DNA of 63,651 nucleotides, filler included, from Sphacelaria rigidula (lineage: Eukaryota): NCBI GenBank assembly GCA_964200075.2. It is 7 parts of 7 records of this genome, joined end to end, with 100 filler letters (N's around TTAATTAATTAA, not from the genome) between each part and the next. Parts side by side here need not be neighbours in the genome. Positions count along the whole stretch, not along the records: positions 9,109 to 18,116 come from CAXNAA020009530.1; positions 18,217 to 27,224 come from CAXNAA020009531.1; 5 more parts are not named here. One strand, written 5' to 3'. The translations under genes and the position numbers were made by a program. Below, one piece after another: positions 12,993 through 25,904 of the stretch; position 1 is the stretch's first letter, and each line of letters opens with the position of its first letter. Below the pieces are notes generated by a model, which was not told the origin of the DNA, made no database searches, and worked only from the letters and a program-made list of their open reading frames with translations.

Positions 12993-13961
12993 GCGGTCTA
13001 ACCCAGCAGAACGGTTATCAAGACCGACGGCTACACCAAGACGCCGAGTACTCGGGAAGAGGGACATGGTAATGCGGCGATCCATCGTGTGAACCACGCT
13101 CAGTCCTAGGGTTTCTCAATCCTAGGACGGAGGGGGGGTCTTACGGATCGCGGCGTGGCGTGGTGGATAAGGACAGTACGATGATGGGCCGTCGGTTTCA
13201 AAACGACATTGCGCCCGGAGGGCTGATTGCGGGAACTGGCTGGCACCGCAATCAGGGGTGAAGGGGGTAATCCGCCAAGAGACGGAATACATAAACATGC
13301 CTCTTTACATCTGGTTGGATCCGGTTCTTTCCGAGGATCGATTCAATCAGCGCCCTGGTGTTCACTTCTTGGAAGTGCCAAGTTAACACCACCAAGAGAA
13401 GAAGAGAAATCGAATCGGCCTGAAGCTGCGATCGAGACATCGAGACGTTCGTCGTGGATCGCTCTGCGTTGGACTTTCCCACGTGCTGTGAGCTTACGAT
13501 TGTTTCAAGGAATAACGGTGAGACTGTAAGATGTTTGATTCAAGCAGTGAGCAGATGTAAGGAGGTCGACAGAGTAGTTAGGAACGAACTTGTACACAAT
13601 CAGGATGGTGTATTTGCAACGTGTTCCTGCGTATTCAACACGGTATATATTAATCATCACGCATTTGTCTGCGCATGATTTGACTTAACTAGATGTTTTT
13701 TCGCTCTAGTACATATGGCCAACACTATTCTGTTTGTAAGAGGAAAGCGTGCTTTCTGGCCCGCATCGAAGTTCAAACCACCCCGGGAGTGACGTTTCTC
13801 ATGCCCACTAGGCCCAGTCCCCGCATGGACCGCGCCCCTGACCCTAACACTAACACTAACACTAACACTAACCATAACCCTAGGAATTTTTGAACTCCGA
13901 TTCGGTCCAAAAGCGGTCCTTCCACGCATTACAATATCCCCCCTCCTATCGCAGGACGACT

Positions 13962-14031
13962 ATGCTCCGTCTCGAACGGGATGCTTTGTCAATGGCGAAA
14001 CGACCATACAAGCAACAAATGAGTACGCCTC
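13962..14031 (+). mobile_element. 70-nt retroposed 3' end of C-tailed LINE with 17-bp TSD
   Basis: TSD cctatcgcaggacgact at 13945-13961 and 14032-14048; insert matches the LINE 3' end at ~36222-36289. Confidence 0.85.
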
Positions 14032-14114
14032 CCTATCGCAGGACGACTCATGGATACGGAAGCATTATCTTTCACACTTACATGTATGTGATGCCGCGGA
14101 ATCATTTGTATCAA

Positions 14115-14760
14115 CCCTTAGACGACGAACCCCCCTCAGATGGAATCAGATGGTCTAATCCACATTTGGGGTTATACAGAAAAGCTGTTCTCTCGCTACA
14201 CAAAACATTTTGTTTTCATGAACATGTGGATGTTGGGCACCTATTTAGGAAACAGTCCCTGAGAAATCATGACCGACTTTCACCCTGAAGTCAGGTGCAT
14301 GCAGCGTCAGTATGTGTGCTACATGTCTTGACTGGATACAACGGCAAAACAGTCCGCGTACCATCGTTCGCCCCTGAACACAGTCTACTATACGCTCCAC
14401 AACAATACTGCGGATAGTGTGAGGCTAGCTTCGCAACGCAAGAGGGATCAGGTAGGTGGCAAAGACCACGAGCAGAGTAAAGCACGTTGTTTGTGCTCAT
14501 GCAATCCATGGCTGAATTGTAATGACCAAAATGGACATACAACTAGACTATCCTGCGAAGTAGTCCACCTGTAGTCCATCTGTAGGGGAACAGGTGATCA
14601 TTCTGACCAATCACAGCTCTCATAGTGGTCACTCTGCTCCTCTCGGGCCTCGTTCTTGTGTAATGCGTGTTCGGACCGCATGTATTTAGGACCGCATTTG
14701 AGTTTGAACACCCCGGGACAGACATGTCGGGAGGATCGCGCAGAGCGGATGAGACCAGGG
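14115..14760 (+). mobile_element. piggyBac-like non-autonomous element (CCCTTAGAC end); copies at 43014-~44300, ~49540-50133 and ~58800-59483 (inverted)
   Basis: Collinear body (ccacatttgggg...cacgagcagagta...gtggtcact) in four contigs; termini ttaa|cccttagac and gtctaagga|ttaa. Right boundary approximate. Confidence 0.65.
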
Positions 14761-15069
14761 ACTGTGCCCCGGGCACACCGGAGCCGCGCTATTTTTCGAG
14801 CCAGGGGTAGCGAAGCCAGGCGAGGCGACTAGAGCGACACGACGACGGTGCAGTGGGCCCGGGAAAGGAGGACAGCAAGGATTTCAAAGTTTTTTATAAT
14901 AAAATTCAGGCATCATTAATTTGTCCAGGAGTAGTAGTTTTCGCATATGTGTTGTGGTGCTAAAAAAAAGGCACCGGTGTATTTTAGGGGGGTGTCGGCG
15001 TCTACCACGATGTCATGACTGCATCGACAAACTGATGCTCGGTAGCTGCAGATTATATATTGCTTCATG

Positions 15070-16770
15070 AGTCAAGGACGTTTTAGTATAGTAAAGACCA
15101 CTTTTTCACGATAACGCCCTTAGGTCTCTCTCAAAACAAGATGTAGTTTTATACCTTCATTTCGAGTTTGTCTTTGCGATTCTCCATGCTAAGTTTTAAA
15201 TCACAATTCTGATAATTGATCTGAAAAACTGAGAAAAGGCTACTTCTAATGTATCAAAAAATAAAACTTGTTGAAGAGTGTATTTTTGGCTTTTCTTCGT
15301 CATTTTCCCCCCGAAAAGAGAGCTGGGCGGATGTTGACACCTTGGGATGACTTGCCCTACTCGCTGAGACTGTTCCAGAGCACCTTCACGTTTTTCGTAG
15401 GTCACAGTTTCGTTTTTTGTCTAACCTGCATTTTCAATAATAACGGTCAAGTTATCGAAAAGTAGGGAGAAGACTGCCATTTATTTTTACAACGTGATCA
15501 TTTGTTACTGAAAATGCAAGTTTGGCCAAAAACGAAACTGTGACCTACGGAAAACGCACAAGGTGCTCTGGAACGGTCTCAGCGAACAGTGTACCACATA
15601 TTCTGAAATTGTCCATTTAGGCCTATTTGACCCTAAAAGTGGTTTCGCGATAGTATCGCGATAGAAAGAAAGACAATTTTCGCTATCGCGATGCTATCGC
15701 GATGGACAGAAATGATCAGGATTGGCATCGCGATAGCATCGTTTACGGCCAGAGAAAATCAAATTAAGGTAAATTGTCTGGTCCTACATATAACAACGTT
15801 TTCGTGAGATTGAGAGTAGAATGCTGATTGAGAGTGGCTTTGATCATTCGCTTTAACTTGGCCAATTTTTCATTCCGTGTGAGCTTTTCTTTGTTTCTAT
15901 CACTAGCGTGTGCTTACAGCTACACGTCGATATCCTACTCAGGGATATCAAGGGCCTCAGTGGCGAGCTACTAAATGAAGCATATCGGGCCTCATGGAGG
16001 TGCATTCCGAAACTGAAACTATTCAGTCACTAATTAAGTGCTTTTCACTCTCAATCGTATCCTCTACTCTCAATCTCACGAAAACATTGTTATATTTCCT
16101 CGTGAAAATGTTCAATGTCGCCAGTGGTCGTTGCAAGAAACTGTGTGATCCTGTGGCAGATAGTATCGCGATAAAAAATGCAACTTCTCTCTATCGCGAT
16201 AGGGAAATTTAGCCTAAAGGGGCCTGTGACGGTTTAAGAGACAACCAACTAGACTACTGACCAGTCAGTGCTGACTCATCAGTAGTCTAGTTGGTTATCT
16301 CTTAAACCGTCACAAAAGTTAGTCGCTGGCCGTTCCAGAATATGTAGGGGTCCCTCAGCCAGTGGAGCGAAACACTCACCTGGCCCCCTCTTTTCGGGGG
16401 AAAAACGAGAGAGAAGGGCGAAAAATACACTTTTCAACAAGTTTTCTTCTTGAATATATAAGAAGTAGCCAAAAGGTCCAAGAACAGCGTCCATTTTTCC
16501 TTAAAACTCCCCTAAAAAATCGAAAAAACGAAAAAGCGAAAAAAATCACAGTTCAAAGTTCAAGTTCAAAGTTCAAAGTTCAAAGTTCGAAATTCGAAAT
16601 TCAATGTTCAAAGTTCGAAATTCGAAATTCAAAATTCAAAATTCAAAATTCAAAATTCAAAGTTAAAGAATGAAGAAAGCTGGAGCTCTTTATTGTTATC
16701 ATGTACGAGCGATTCTCCACACGAAATTTCGACGTACAACCCTAAAAAACTGACATGCTAAATCCAGATT
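15070..16770. mobile_element. Nested MITE/foldback cluster
   Basis: Inverted repeats ~15265-15345/16370-16445; hairpin 15361-15585; MITE ~15787-16097 (TIR ttttcgtgagattgagagtag, also seen at ~200); hairpin 16225-16314; (TTCRAAA/G)n at 16551-16665. The outer element is homologous to ~25710-26375. Confidence 0.7.
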
Positions 16771-16773
16771 CAA

Positions 16774-18032
16774 TAGGGCTGTGAACTGGACCAGTTTATA
16801 TTGTCGATTATACTAGAACTGGAGTTAAACTGGAGCTGGCGACGAGGTCGCCAGTTTATTCAGTTTATTGAGGTTTGCCTTCACCGGCTGTTTAGATACC
16901 AATTTTTAGTTTAGTGACTTTATGTAAAAGATGCTTACATTATTATGTATAATTTCATTTCACACTTGAGGCTTACACTTTACAGTTGCAGAGGAATATG
17001 GGGGATCAATTGAGACGAAGAGCGCGGCGAAGGCGTCGCCGGAAATTGTTTGCATCAACGACGCGTGAAGCAGCGGTGCACAGCTCCATGCTTCGTCTTC
17101 CGTGTTTCGGACGACTTGTAAAGCATAGGTCTGGCGTTCTGTGGTAGCACCATAGCACATGAAGAACGGGTTTGCCCTGGGCCAGTCACTGGCTGACTAC
17201 TTCAGGTGTTTTTCTGCATTTTTATGTCCCATCTACTTCGTTGATACCTTGTGGTTCTGCAGTTTTGCGTTTTTTCGGCCGTAGCGTGTAGGTCGACGGC
17301 TGGCCCGTCGAATGAGGAGAATGAAGGAAGAAAAAAAGGGAGTTGTGGCTTAGATATTGCGGGGGACGCTTGATGCGGAACTGCGGAACGCCAAACCCCA
17401 GTTACCAATTGCTAATCGCATGATCGAAGAGCATTTTGCACATGATGTGGCACATGTTCTCTACACCTCAAAGTGATGTAATAGAGGACATACATTCGCT
17501 AAGGTTTGCCGTTTCATTGCACGACATCCGTAAACAAAAATGACAAACGGCAACCCGCGACCACAGAATACTAAACACATACCGTGGCTTGCTGTTCAAC
17601 TACATACGTCTTTGTCGGCCCGGACGTGAATAAGTGTGCGCTCTTATCCCCACGTGCTGCCAACCTTGCCTTCCTTGTTCCCATCCTTCGCTCCTCACGG
17701 GGTCTCTTCTGCTGCATGCTACAGAGTAATGGTTTCGATCGCTCACCGCGTTTAACGAGATTTCAATATCTAGGCCTCTTACTATACCTCCTCAATGTAA
17801 GGGGTCACATCTTTTACATTCTTGAAGGGAACACAAGCCAAATACCCCAATTTTTCTTGTCCTCGGTGGCGCTCCTGCAAGGTCCCCTCATCAGCCGGGG
17901 GGGGGGCGTTGAGGCCCGTAACTTCGCCGGTCGCCGCCGACGTTTTTCCAGTTAATCGGCGACATCGATGTACTGGCCGCGCCAGCGGCCAGTTTAAACT
18001 TAACTGACCTGAGCTGCCGGTTCACAGCTCTA
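16774..18032. mobile_element. Non-autonomous hAT DNA transposon (1259 bp)
   Basis: TIRs TAGGGCTGTGAAC / GTTCACAGCTCTA and a perfect 8-bp TSD AGATTCAA (16766-16773, 18033-18040); no intact transposase ORF. Confidence 0.88.
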
Positions 18033-18116
18033 AGATTCAAATGCATTTACACACGTGGACAGATAGCACCCTGTGGAGGGGGTCTACAGGGTTTACGTAC
18101 CCTGCGCAGTGTTTCT

Positions 18117-18216
18117 NNNNNNNNNNNNNNNNNNNNNNNNNNNNNNNNNNNNNNNNNNNNTTAATTAATTAANNNNNNNNNNNNNNNNNNNNNNNNNNNN
18201 NNNNNNNNNNNNNNNN
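18117..18216. other. Artificial contig linker
   Basis: N44-TTAATTAATTAA-N44. Confidence 0.98.
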
Positions 18217-18289
18217 TATCATATTCTACATCTTACATCAGCTATTCGTAAACGTCCTTGGCTCCAGTCTCTCTTTGGTTCCTCCGTTC

Positions 18290-18400
18290 CAGCTTGGGAC
18301 GCTCGAGTTCCCGGCGAGATAGCTCTTTCCAGTCTGCATCTTCGTATCGTACCCGCCGAAAGAAATTCCCATGATCATACACGTGGTGCTTCAGCTCGGC
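18290..18400 (-). pseudogene. Degenerate Tudor-like domain fragment (possibly retroelement-derived)
   Basis: VYDHGNFFRRVRYEDADWKELSRREL resembles the Tudor-like pattern (Y/F)xVxYEDGDxE(E/D)L; isolated, with no gene context. Confidence 0.35.
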
Positions 18401-19469
18401 ACTGCTATAGCCTTTCCAGGAGGTAGCACCTCTGGGCAAAAGCGTCATGAGAACACCGTTTAGTGTTTTTTGCGTGTCCTCCCCAAAGCAATCTCGTTCA
18501 GCGCCGGTTCACACATCGGGATGCGACACACCCAAGGCAAGAGTGTAGGTGAAACAAGGGAGGAAGTAATAGAGGGTACGGTTAGTATGTGTTGAAAGTC
18601 TTGGACTCCGTGAAAATATGGCTCGGTTTTATACCACGTGACGCAGGTCGAAATGTCGTGTACCGGGCGGTAAATTCGGCGTTTCGGCCTCGCGAACTAG
18701 ATAAATGAAACGCCTGTTCAAGCATGATGAGTACAGGCAGCGCAACCGACCAGACCCTCCGGATATCCTACACCCGCACGGTCAAAGAAAACCATCACGA
18801 GCGCCAAACACAATAAAAAACTACCAGAACATGAAACGAAAAATAGTGCAGCTCTACAAAGTAAGACGACGGCGACGCAAATAATAAGACAATCAAAATA
18901 AAATACAAAATTTCCAGAACATGAAATGAAAAATAGTGCAGCTCTACAGAGCAAGACGACGGCGGCGCAAAATTACCAAGTACTCATAATACAATCGAGG
19001 GGCTCAAAAGACAGTTATGGTAGACACGGCACCCGGAGATGCAGACAATATGAGTATGTAAGATGAAAGAAAAGCAAACAAGATCGAAATATAATGGAAG
19101 CTTTACTGCATGTGCATTCCAATAATCCCCATGGCCACAATAAAAGTGCAACCCCGGAAGCAAAGTACATACTGACCATGGCAGGTTGATTGTCCCAATT
19201 CTTTTTGCAACAAACCTACCGGAATAATGTAGAGAATGTCTAGAACACGATCATTGTTGGTAAGGTACAGCGATGATATTATATGGCTGACCAGGTGTAG
19301 GTCAGGCGAAGGTGATACAATGCAGGCGACAATGACAAAACAAAAACTGTGCGATCAGATTGAAGCAAGGTTCATAAAGAACATGAGGACGGAAAATACG
19401 CGCGTGCACATGACAACATGCGATACGATGGCGAGCGAGAAAAGTACAGCCGACAGTAGGCGGTAGAGG

Positions 19470-19663
19470 CAAAAACAACACAACAAGCGGGACAACAACA
19501 GCAAACCAGGGTAGCAGAAAGCACGGTGGAAACAGCAGCAGCAGCAGCAGCAGCAACAACAACATAGAACCACAACAACAACAACAGCAGCAGCAGTAGT
19601 AATAGACAACAGCGACAACAGACAACAGACAACAGACAACAGACAACAGACAACAGACAACAG

Positions 19664-19727
<64 letters not shown>

Positions 19728-20100
19728 GACAGAGCAGCAACAACCAACGACACACAGCAGCTGCGCGGCAGCGACGAACAACAGCACGGAAAAACAGCAC
19801 AGCCGTGCGGCGAGCAGCAGCAACACACAGCGGCGGCACGGCAGAGACGAACAACAGCACAGAAAATCAGCACAGCCGTGCGGCGAGCAGCAGCGACACA
19901 CAGCGGCGGCGCGGCAGCGACGAACAACAGCACGGAAAAACAGCACAGCCATGCGGCGAGCAGCAACACACAGCGGCGGCACGGCAGCGACGAACAGCAG
20001 CACGGAAAAACAGCACAGCCGTGCGGCGAGCAGCAGCAACACACAGCGGCGGCACGGCAGCGACGAAAACCACAACAACAGACAACAACGACGCGGCTGC
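19470..20100. repeat. (CAA)n/(CAG)n/(CAACAGA)n microsatellites followed by a ~72-bp minisatellite (~4 units)
   Basis: Unit cagcgacgaacaacagcacggaaaaacagcacagccgtgcggcgagcagcagcaacacacagcggcggcacgg repeated over 19769-20066. Confidence 0.9.
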
Positions 20101-20849
20101 ACAGCTTCCGCAGCTGTCTGGAGCCTGATGTCCCGAAACGCCCCGACGTAATTGCAGGCCCTCTGGTTCGTTGAACTCGTTCAATGCTCGTTCGACCGTA
20201 TTACCTTCCATTAGACTATATTGGCTAGGTCATTTCGCTTTGAACGTCTGGTTACCTCCGGCATATCGTAGGGCGCGACACTGTTGAGAAACTGGTCCAG
20301 ATCACCCCATGATCTATTTGTGCATGAGTACGGTATAATTATGCAGCGGTCGGAAAGACGAAGCACAGGGCACCCGCGGGGCAAAACCAGGGAGGAACAA
20401 AGGGTACCACTGGACAAGAACAAACTACATAGCCCATGTTCAACTTCTTATGCTCAACGTACGAATGGTAAGTAGACGGCAGAGCGAAAGAGTGCGAAGA
20501 GCCGAGGCAGCGGACCGTCATAGTACGCTCACTGTACATGCGATTCAAACATCCCAGTGACACTGAGTCGTGAACTTCAAAAGCACTCTCTACTACATGC
20601 TAAATGATGTTGCAGGTAAGATACGCTGTTGAAACTACAATTTGTGAACAGGCACACTATTTACTTTATATAAAAGAAGTAACATTTTACCTCATCCGAC
20701 CCACACGCCAGAAAACCCTCCCCTCCGAAAGTTTGTGGTCGGAGCATGCCAGTGTTGACTCTACACAAGCAAGGATTGGACACCATGTCATGGTACGATA
20801 CTCACCACCTAGGTAGGAAGGTGCCAGTTCAGTGGGCACCTGGGCTAGC

Positions 20850-21900
20850 GGGATCAAACACAATCATGAGTATCGAAGCCATCGAGCTCGACTTTACCGA
20901 GTGCAGAGCCAGTCATGTTCGCAGCGTCGGGCTGCAGACCCGATGAGCCGCTCGGACGCCAGAACAACAAATCTTGCATGGAGGTCAGGCTTACATCGTA
21001 AAAAGACCAGAGATCCCTCTGAGATAGCAGTCCGTGATGGCGTAGATGCTCTTGTATTATTGGCGTACAGGCTAACTTGTGCGTTGCTCGTCCAGATGCA
21101 TAGTCCAAAACGCTGTGACACGTGAGGGCAGCCGGCTCGATCCAACCACAATGGAGTATGATCCATCAGATACTAAGCATGACAAAGTATGACACATGGG
21201 AACGTAATTGACTGGGCAATGACCAATAAATCTGTAACATAGCTGCAAGGTCGGGGCCATTTCCATCGCGCACGGCTGCTCCAGCTGCAGTCGTCGTATC
21301 AACACAGCTGGTGCCTGTGCCTGGTGTGTGGTCTGCCGGGACGGTAAGACTGGCTCCCCATTGAGATGCATCACCCCGACAACGGAGCAGAAGTGCGTCG
21401 GCGGCAGACGGTGGAGACTCGTCTGGGCGACCGCCTGCAGGAGGCGCTCCAGTAGGAGTTGGGTCGGCGCGGTTGGCAGGTGGTGTACATTCATTCGGGC
21501 CAGGGCTGGCGGGACGCGACCGAGGTGTGGTTGGGCAGGCGCCGGTGGTGAGTAGCAAAGACTCGTTCGGTCGAGCGTCGGTGGGAGACGGTCGGGCGCC
21601 GGCGGGAGGTGACCGAGAAGGAAGTGGGCGGACATCGATGGCAGTTGGGAGGGGCTCGTTTGGCCGAGCGTCCGCGGGGGTGGCCGAGCGTAGGCAGGAG
21701 CTGGTCGACGTTGATTTGGGTAGACCTCGCTGGCAGGTCGAGATGTGAGTAGGCAGGCGCCGCTGGCAGTTGGGAGAGACTCGTTCGGCCGAGCGCCGGC
21801 CGGAGGAGCCAAAAAAGGATTGAGCGGGCGCCGCCTGCAGGTGGTGGAGACTCATTTGGACGAGCCCCGACGGGAGATGGTCGAGCGACTGCTACACGGC
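20850..21900 (-). pseudogene. Degraded Pro/Ala-rich repetitive ORF, probably transposon-derived
   Basis: Recurring PPAGARPNES / DARPNEP / PTDARPNES motifs across frameshifted frames; stops present; no splice signals evident. Confidence 0.35.
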
Positions 21901-23330
21901 GTATCCCAGGTAGATGCTGTCAAGGCAGGCGCAGCGAAGCTGCAGGTTTAGATATACATTGCTCTACATGCCACCGGGAGGACAGCCCCGTAGTATCCGT
22001 GATGGAAACGCGCAGGAAATTATGCCTTGGCAAGGACAAGTGCGGGCGATGGACTTGCAGCGGTTGCTACAAAACGTATAAGCGTGATCTTAAGGTCAAG
22101 TGCTGCCGACGCGACGAGAGCACCTGCCAGTTTCGCGGATGCCAAAGGTGAGTCAGTGATTAGTGAAGTGCAATTTCTTCCCTTATCGCGGATCCCCGTG
22201 TTTCGGCGTCGAAGTGTTTCCGTGTGAGTACATACGTGCGATATGCCGGTGATAGGTTTAGCTCGATTTCCAAGTGGAATACACGGCCGAAGGAGAGGAC
22301 GGTGGATACAAAGCACATGAACCGAAAACTCTGAAAACGACCGTGGTGATGAACATTTCAGAATCAAAGCCAACTTTTATGTACCGTACTCGTAGATGTG
22401 GAACCTCTCAATTGGTACCGCAAAAATATACAGGAAATAGGTGTTGAAACATTTTAGCGGAATAGTGATGTGAGGTGGTGAAGTCTATACGTTCTCCTAC
22501 GCCATACTCTCCAAGCCCCCCCGCCCACCCGCCCCCATCAATATACTGCTAGTTGTCCTTGATATTGCACTTGTTCTATTTCTGGATATGACCGACGCCC
22601 CCACGGAGTAGGGAAGATGGTACAGTATTACAATGTGCCCCGCCTCATATGATCATCACACTAGCGCCTGCTGCAATGTACAACACGTTGGTTGGACGTG
22701 GAAACATATGTAAGCGACGGAGGGCAAGGCACGCCGCAGTCGATGAGGGCAGCAGCAATAAGCGACCAGCTGTGCGTGTGCAGCGCTCGGATGGCAATAG
22801 ACAAGCGCGGTCAACCGCCTTCAAGCTTCCTGCTGGGAAGCACAATGGTGCAACCAGCACTGTAGTGTCCGTTTGCACTCCTTCCTCCCAGAACAGGGTG
22901 GTGACATTAGTGAATACAGACTCAGGACGGAGCAGGTTCTCAAGAGAAGAGTGTCGCACGTGAGTCCTCCCGTTGTCACGTCTATTACTCAATTTGCATT
23001 TCGGAGTCGAACACAAGGTAGCAACATGAGAAGGTGGCGAAGGGGGGAATAATATCCAAGCCGAGGCTCACAGTGCAGTTACCGTCAGCTCCTTAGAACG
23101 TGTTTCGGACAGCCAAACCAGGATTGTCATGGCCGCTTATGTGCTGTCGTCGGTCACGCTCACATACCTAGTTCTGGAGTGAAAGCTTGCTGATCAACGA
23201 CTTGTGTAAGACGGACCACGCTAAGAACTATCGAATGCGATGGGTTAGGGCTCCACTGTTTGACCCATGCTTCTGGTGGGCAGGTGTTGAGTTTCAGCGA
23301 CGTATTCTCCTCTGCACCCTTTTCCTGTAG

Positions 23331-23529
23331 GTGTATTGCACGCAGGTAGCGGACGGCGACAGGTCGGAACCAGCGGCGGCCCAGTGGAGAGTGTAGCTGA
23401 CGACGTGTGCGGTCACGCTCGCGCAGCCTTCAATGCCCTGAAGGGGAAGACCATGCAAGTTGCCCAGAGGATGGCAATCTGCGACACCAAAATCTTCACA
23501 AAAATATGTCTGCGTAGCGACGGGGACGG
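23331..23529 (+). CDS. Orphan exon candidate (possibly joins 24507-24617)
   Basis: Strong pyrimidine tract plus TAG acceptor, open frame (VLHAGSGRRQ...KICLRSDGD), donor GG|GTATGT; no family recognised. Confidence 0.3.
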
Positions 23530-23855
23530 GTATGTTGTCGCAGGAGGACGGGAAGACGTTGGTTGAAATGGTGAAAAATGCAGATATTTTTATTTTATTT
23601 GTAGCACGACTAATGCCGAGATAGCCCCCCCACAAAAGTGCACGGGAGACCGTCCGACAAAACGGTTGCAATCCCACTATTGGGCTCATTTGCAGCAATG
23701 CCGCCCACATGAAAGGCTTGTAGCAGTCCGAAATCAGCTATAACGCCCAAATAGGTCGCGTCGTGAAACACGAAACCAGCTCTAACGGCATTAATGATCA
23801 TTGCCTCCGTGCACATTTTTGGCCGGTTTGGGGGGGGGGGCTATCTCGGCAGCAG

Positions 23856-24148
23856 TCGCACTTTGAATGAACCTCTCCCCTTCCCCGGGACGATTCCGTG
23901 GTCTCAAGCGATCAACCAATCTCTCCCCGATATCCGCTTGGCATTTTGGTCTCGCGGATTGGGTCAGCACGCCCGCACCGCGTCAACTCGTGTAAAACAA
24001 ACTCAGTCAACTACTTCGTTTACTCACGTTCTCACGCTTTCCACGGTGGAAATAAGATACTACGAAGAAAAAACCCAACGTATCGGGAATCGAACCGTCG
24101 TTCTCTTCACCCTAATGGCGACGGTCGGACCATTACACCACTGGGGCG
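23856..24148 (-). mobile_element. tRNA-derived SINE family B, full-length copy
   Basis: Minus-strand head cgccccagTGGTGTAATGG (A box)...GGTTCGATTCC (B box), followed by a body shared with three other copies. Confidence 0.75.
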
Positions 24149-25831
24149 TGGCGACAACAGAGCATAGGTACAACGGGGTTTCTTGCCCGTGCGAGAGAGC
24201 GTGGGTTGTACGGTTGAGCACCGGTGGGCGCACGTCAAGAAAAATGACAACCAAGAGACGCGATTGTTGTGCAAGGCAATGTGCTCATACATATCATATA
24301 CATAGCATAGCAAGGCTGAAATATTTGACGTCGGTACGCGTGTGTTGGAACTCTGTCTGATACGCCCGCTATCGGTACTTTCGCTTAGTATCTCGATATC
24401 GCGAAACGATATGTTTGTACTTGACATGAACGGGGGAGGCTGCCGAGGCCTGTGGCAAGCTCACTTTCCATATGCCGATGTTCATACCAACATGATGTGC
24501 ACTCAGGAGTATGAGGTCGCCCAAATATCGTGAACCGCACAGGCTGATAGATGAAAACGGTGCACGGCAAGCATACTGCGATGAACCGGGAAGCGCAAAC
24601 ACACGAAGATGGCAGCGGTGGGTTTGTGCGTACATGGAGATAAATGGGGGGCTCTGGTGTGGAGGTGGATGGCGTCTGCGGATCTCTCCGATTCCCAGAG
24701 GCCGCGTGAAGAGGCGGGGAGGTGATCAGCCTCAAATGTTCTGCAGGAGCGGCCGGAAGCGTTCCGGAAACAAATTCGGGACTCCCTCAACCTCATGGCG
24801 GTAGTCCAGTTTCCACCACGAAAACCAGCTAGGCTGTTTATGTACAACAGAGAGATAGAGCAATCGAAGTTTACGGCATCGCCGAAGCAATGCAGTATGT
24901 GCAAGGGATCATTCACGCCGGCAGGTTTGGTCACCGCCAAATCGCCGACCTGGATAAAGCAACGGCGGGAAGAATTGGTCGGCAGTGTGACATTCAGTGT
25001 TTTCAGCACGGAAGGTAGCATTTGGCAGGCCAGGCGTTTGTTGACATAGATCTTTTTGGAGCCATGAACGTTCCCATGCTACCGCGCGAGGTAGGGCTCT
25101 TCCAATCGTCCTCGTGTAGTCGTCTTCTAATGTTGGTAATCTCACCAAAAGCAGTACTCGCTTTGTGGATAGTACGCCCCGATTCTAATCGCTTAAAAAA
25201 AGGAATGGTCGATTCATGCTAGGTTGGTGGATGTGATGCTCGATACGAGCTGGGCCAGCCTAGGAGCGGATGTGTAGTTTGCAGGCCCATTTTCAGCTCA
25301 ATTTTTAGAGTTGGATCTTAAACTTTGGTGCGGACAATGAAACGATTCTAATAGAAAAACGTATGCATTGATCCAAAGCCTTCTGTTCTTCATGAGTTGA
25401 TGACATTTTACTGCAGCCTGAAAACTGATTATTGCCTCTCATTTATGAAAAAAAAAAAACAGCTTCGGGTCCATGTAAACTTTGTTTTGTTATCACCTAC
25501 TTGTTGTTCATACCACAGTTTAAGGTCCAACTCCAAAAATTGAGCGGAGAATGGGCCGTTTGAAAACCGGGCCAGCCTAAGTTTGGAACAGTATCTTGCA
25601 GGCCGCTTACCGCCCCAGGTTTGGTACTTGCTTATCGGGTTTTTGTGTGGGACCTCGCTAGGGCATAATAAAATAAAAAACGTTGGCCGGGTTGATTTTT
25701 CTTTTACTGGTCGAGGACGTTTGAGTATGGTAAGGACCGTTTTTTCACGAGAACGCCCTAATCTCTCTCTCAAAAAGAAAGTGAAGGCCATTGTTTTTTC
25801 TTCAGCGAGTCATCCTACGATAGGGTGGGGG

Positions 25832-25904
25832 GGGGGGGCGTACTCTTTTGTTGCTTGCCTTAGTCGTTTGACCATTGACCACGCACCCCTTTCGAGACGG
25901 AGCA
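25832..25904 (-). mobile_element. ~70-nt retroposed 3' end of C-tailed LINE with 17-bp TSD
   Basis: TSD ctacgatagggtggggg at 25815-25831 and 25905-25921. Confidence 0.85.

Noticed and set aside
19302-20211. Long Cys/Leu/Val-rich ORFs
   Set aside because: Products of micro/minisatellites that are open in several frames on both strands.
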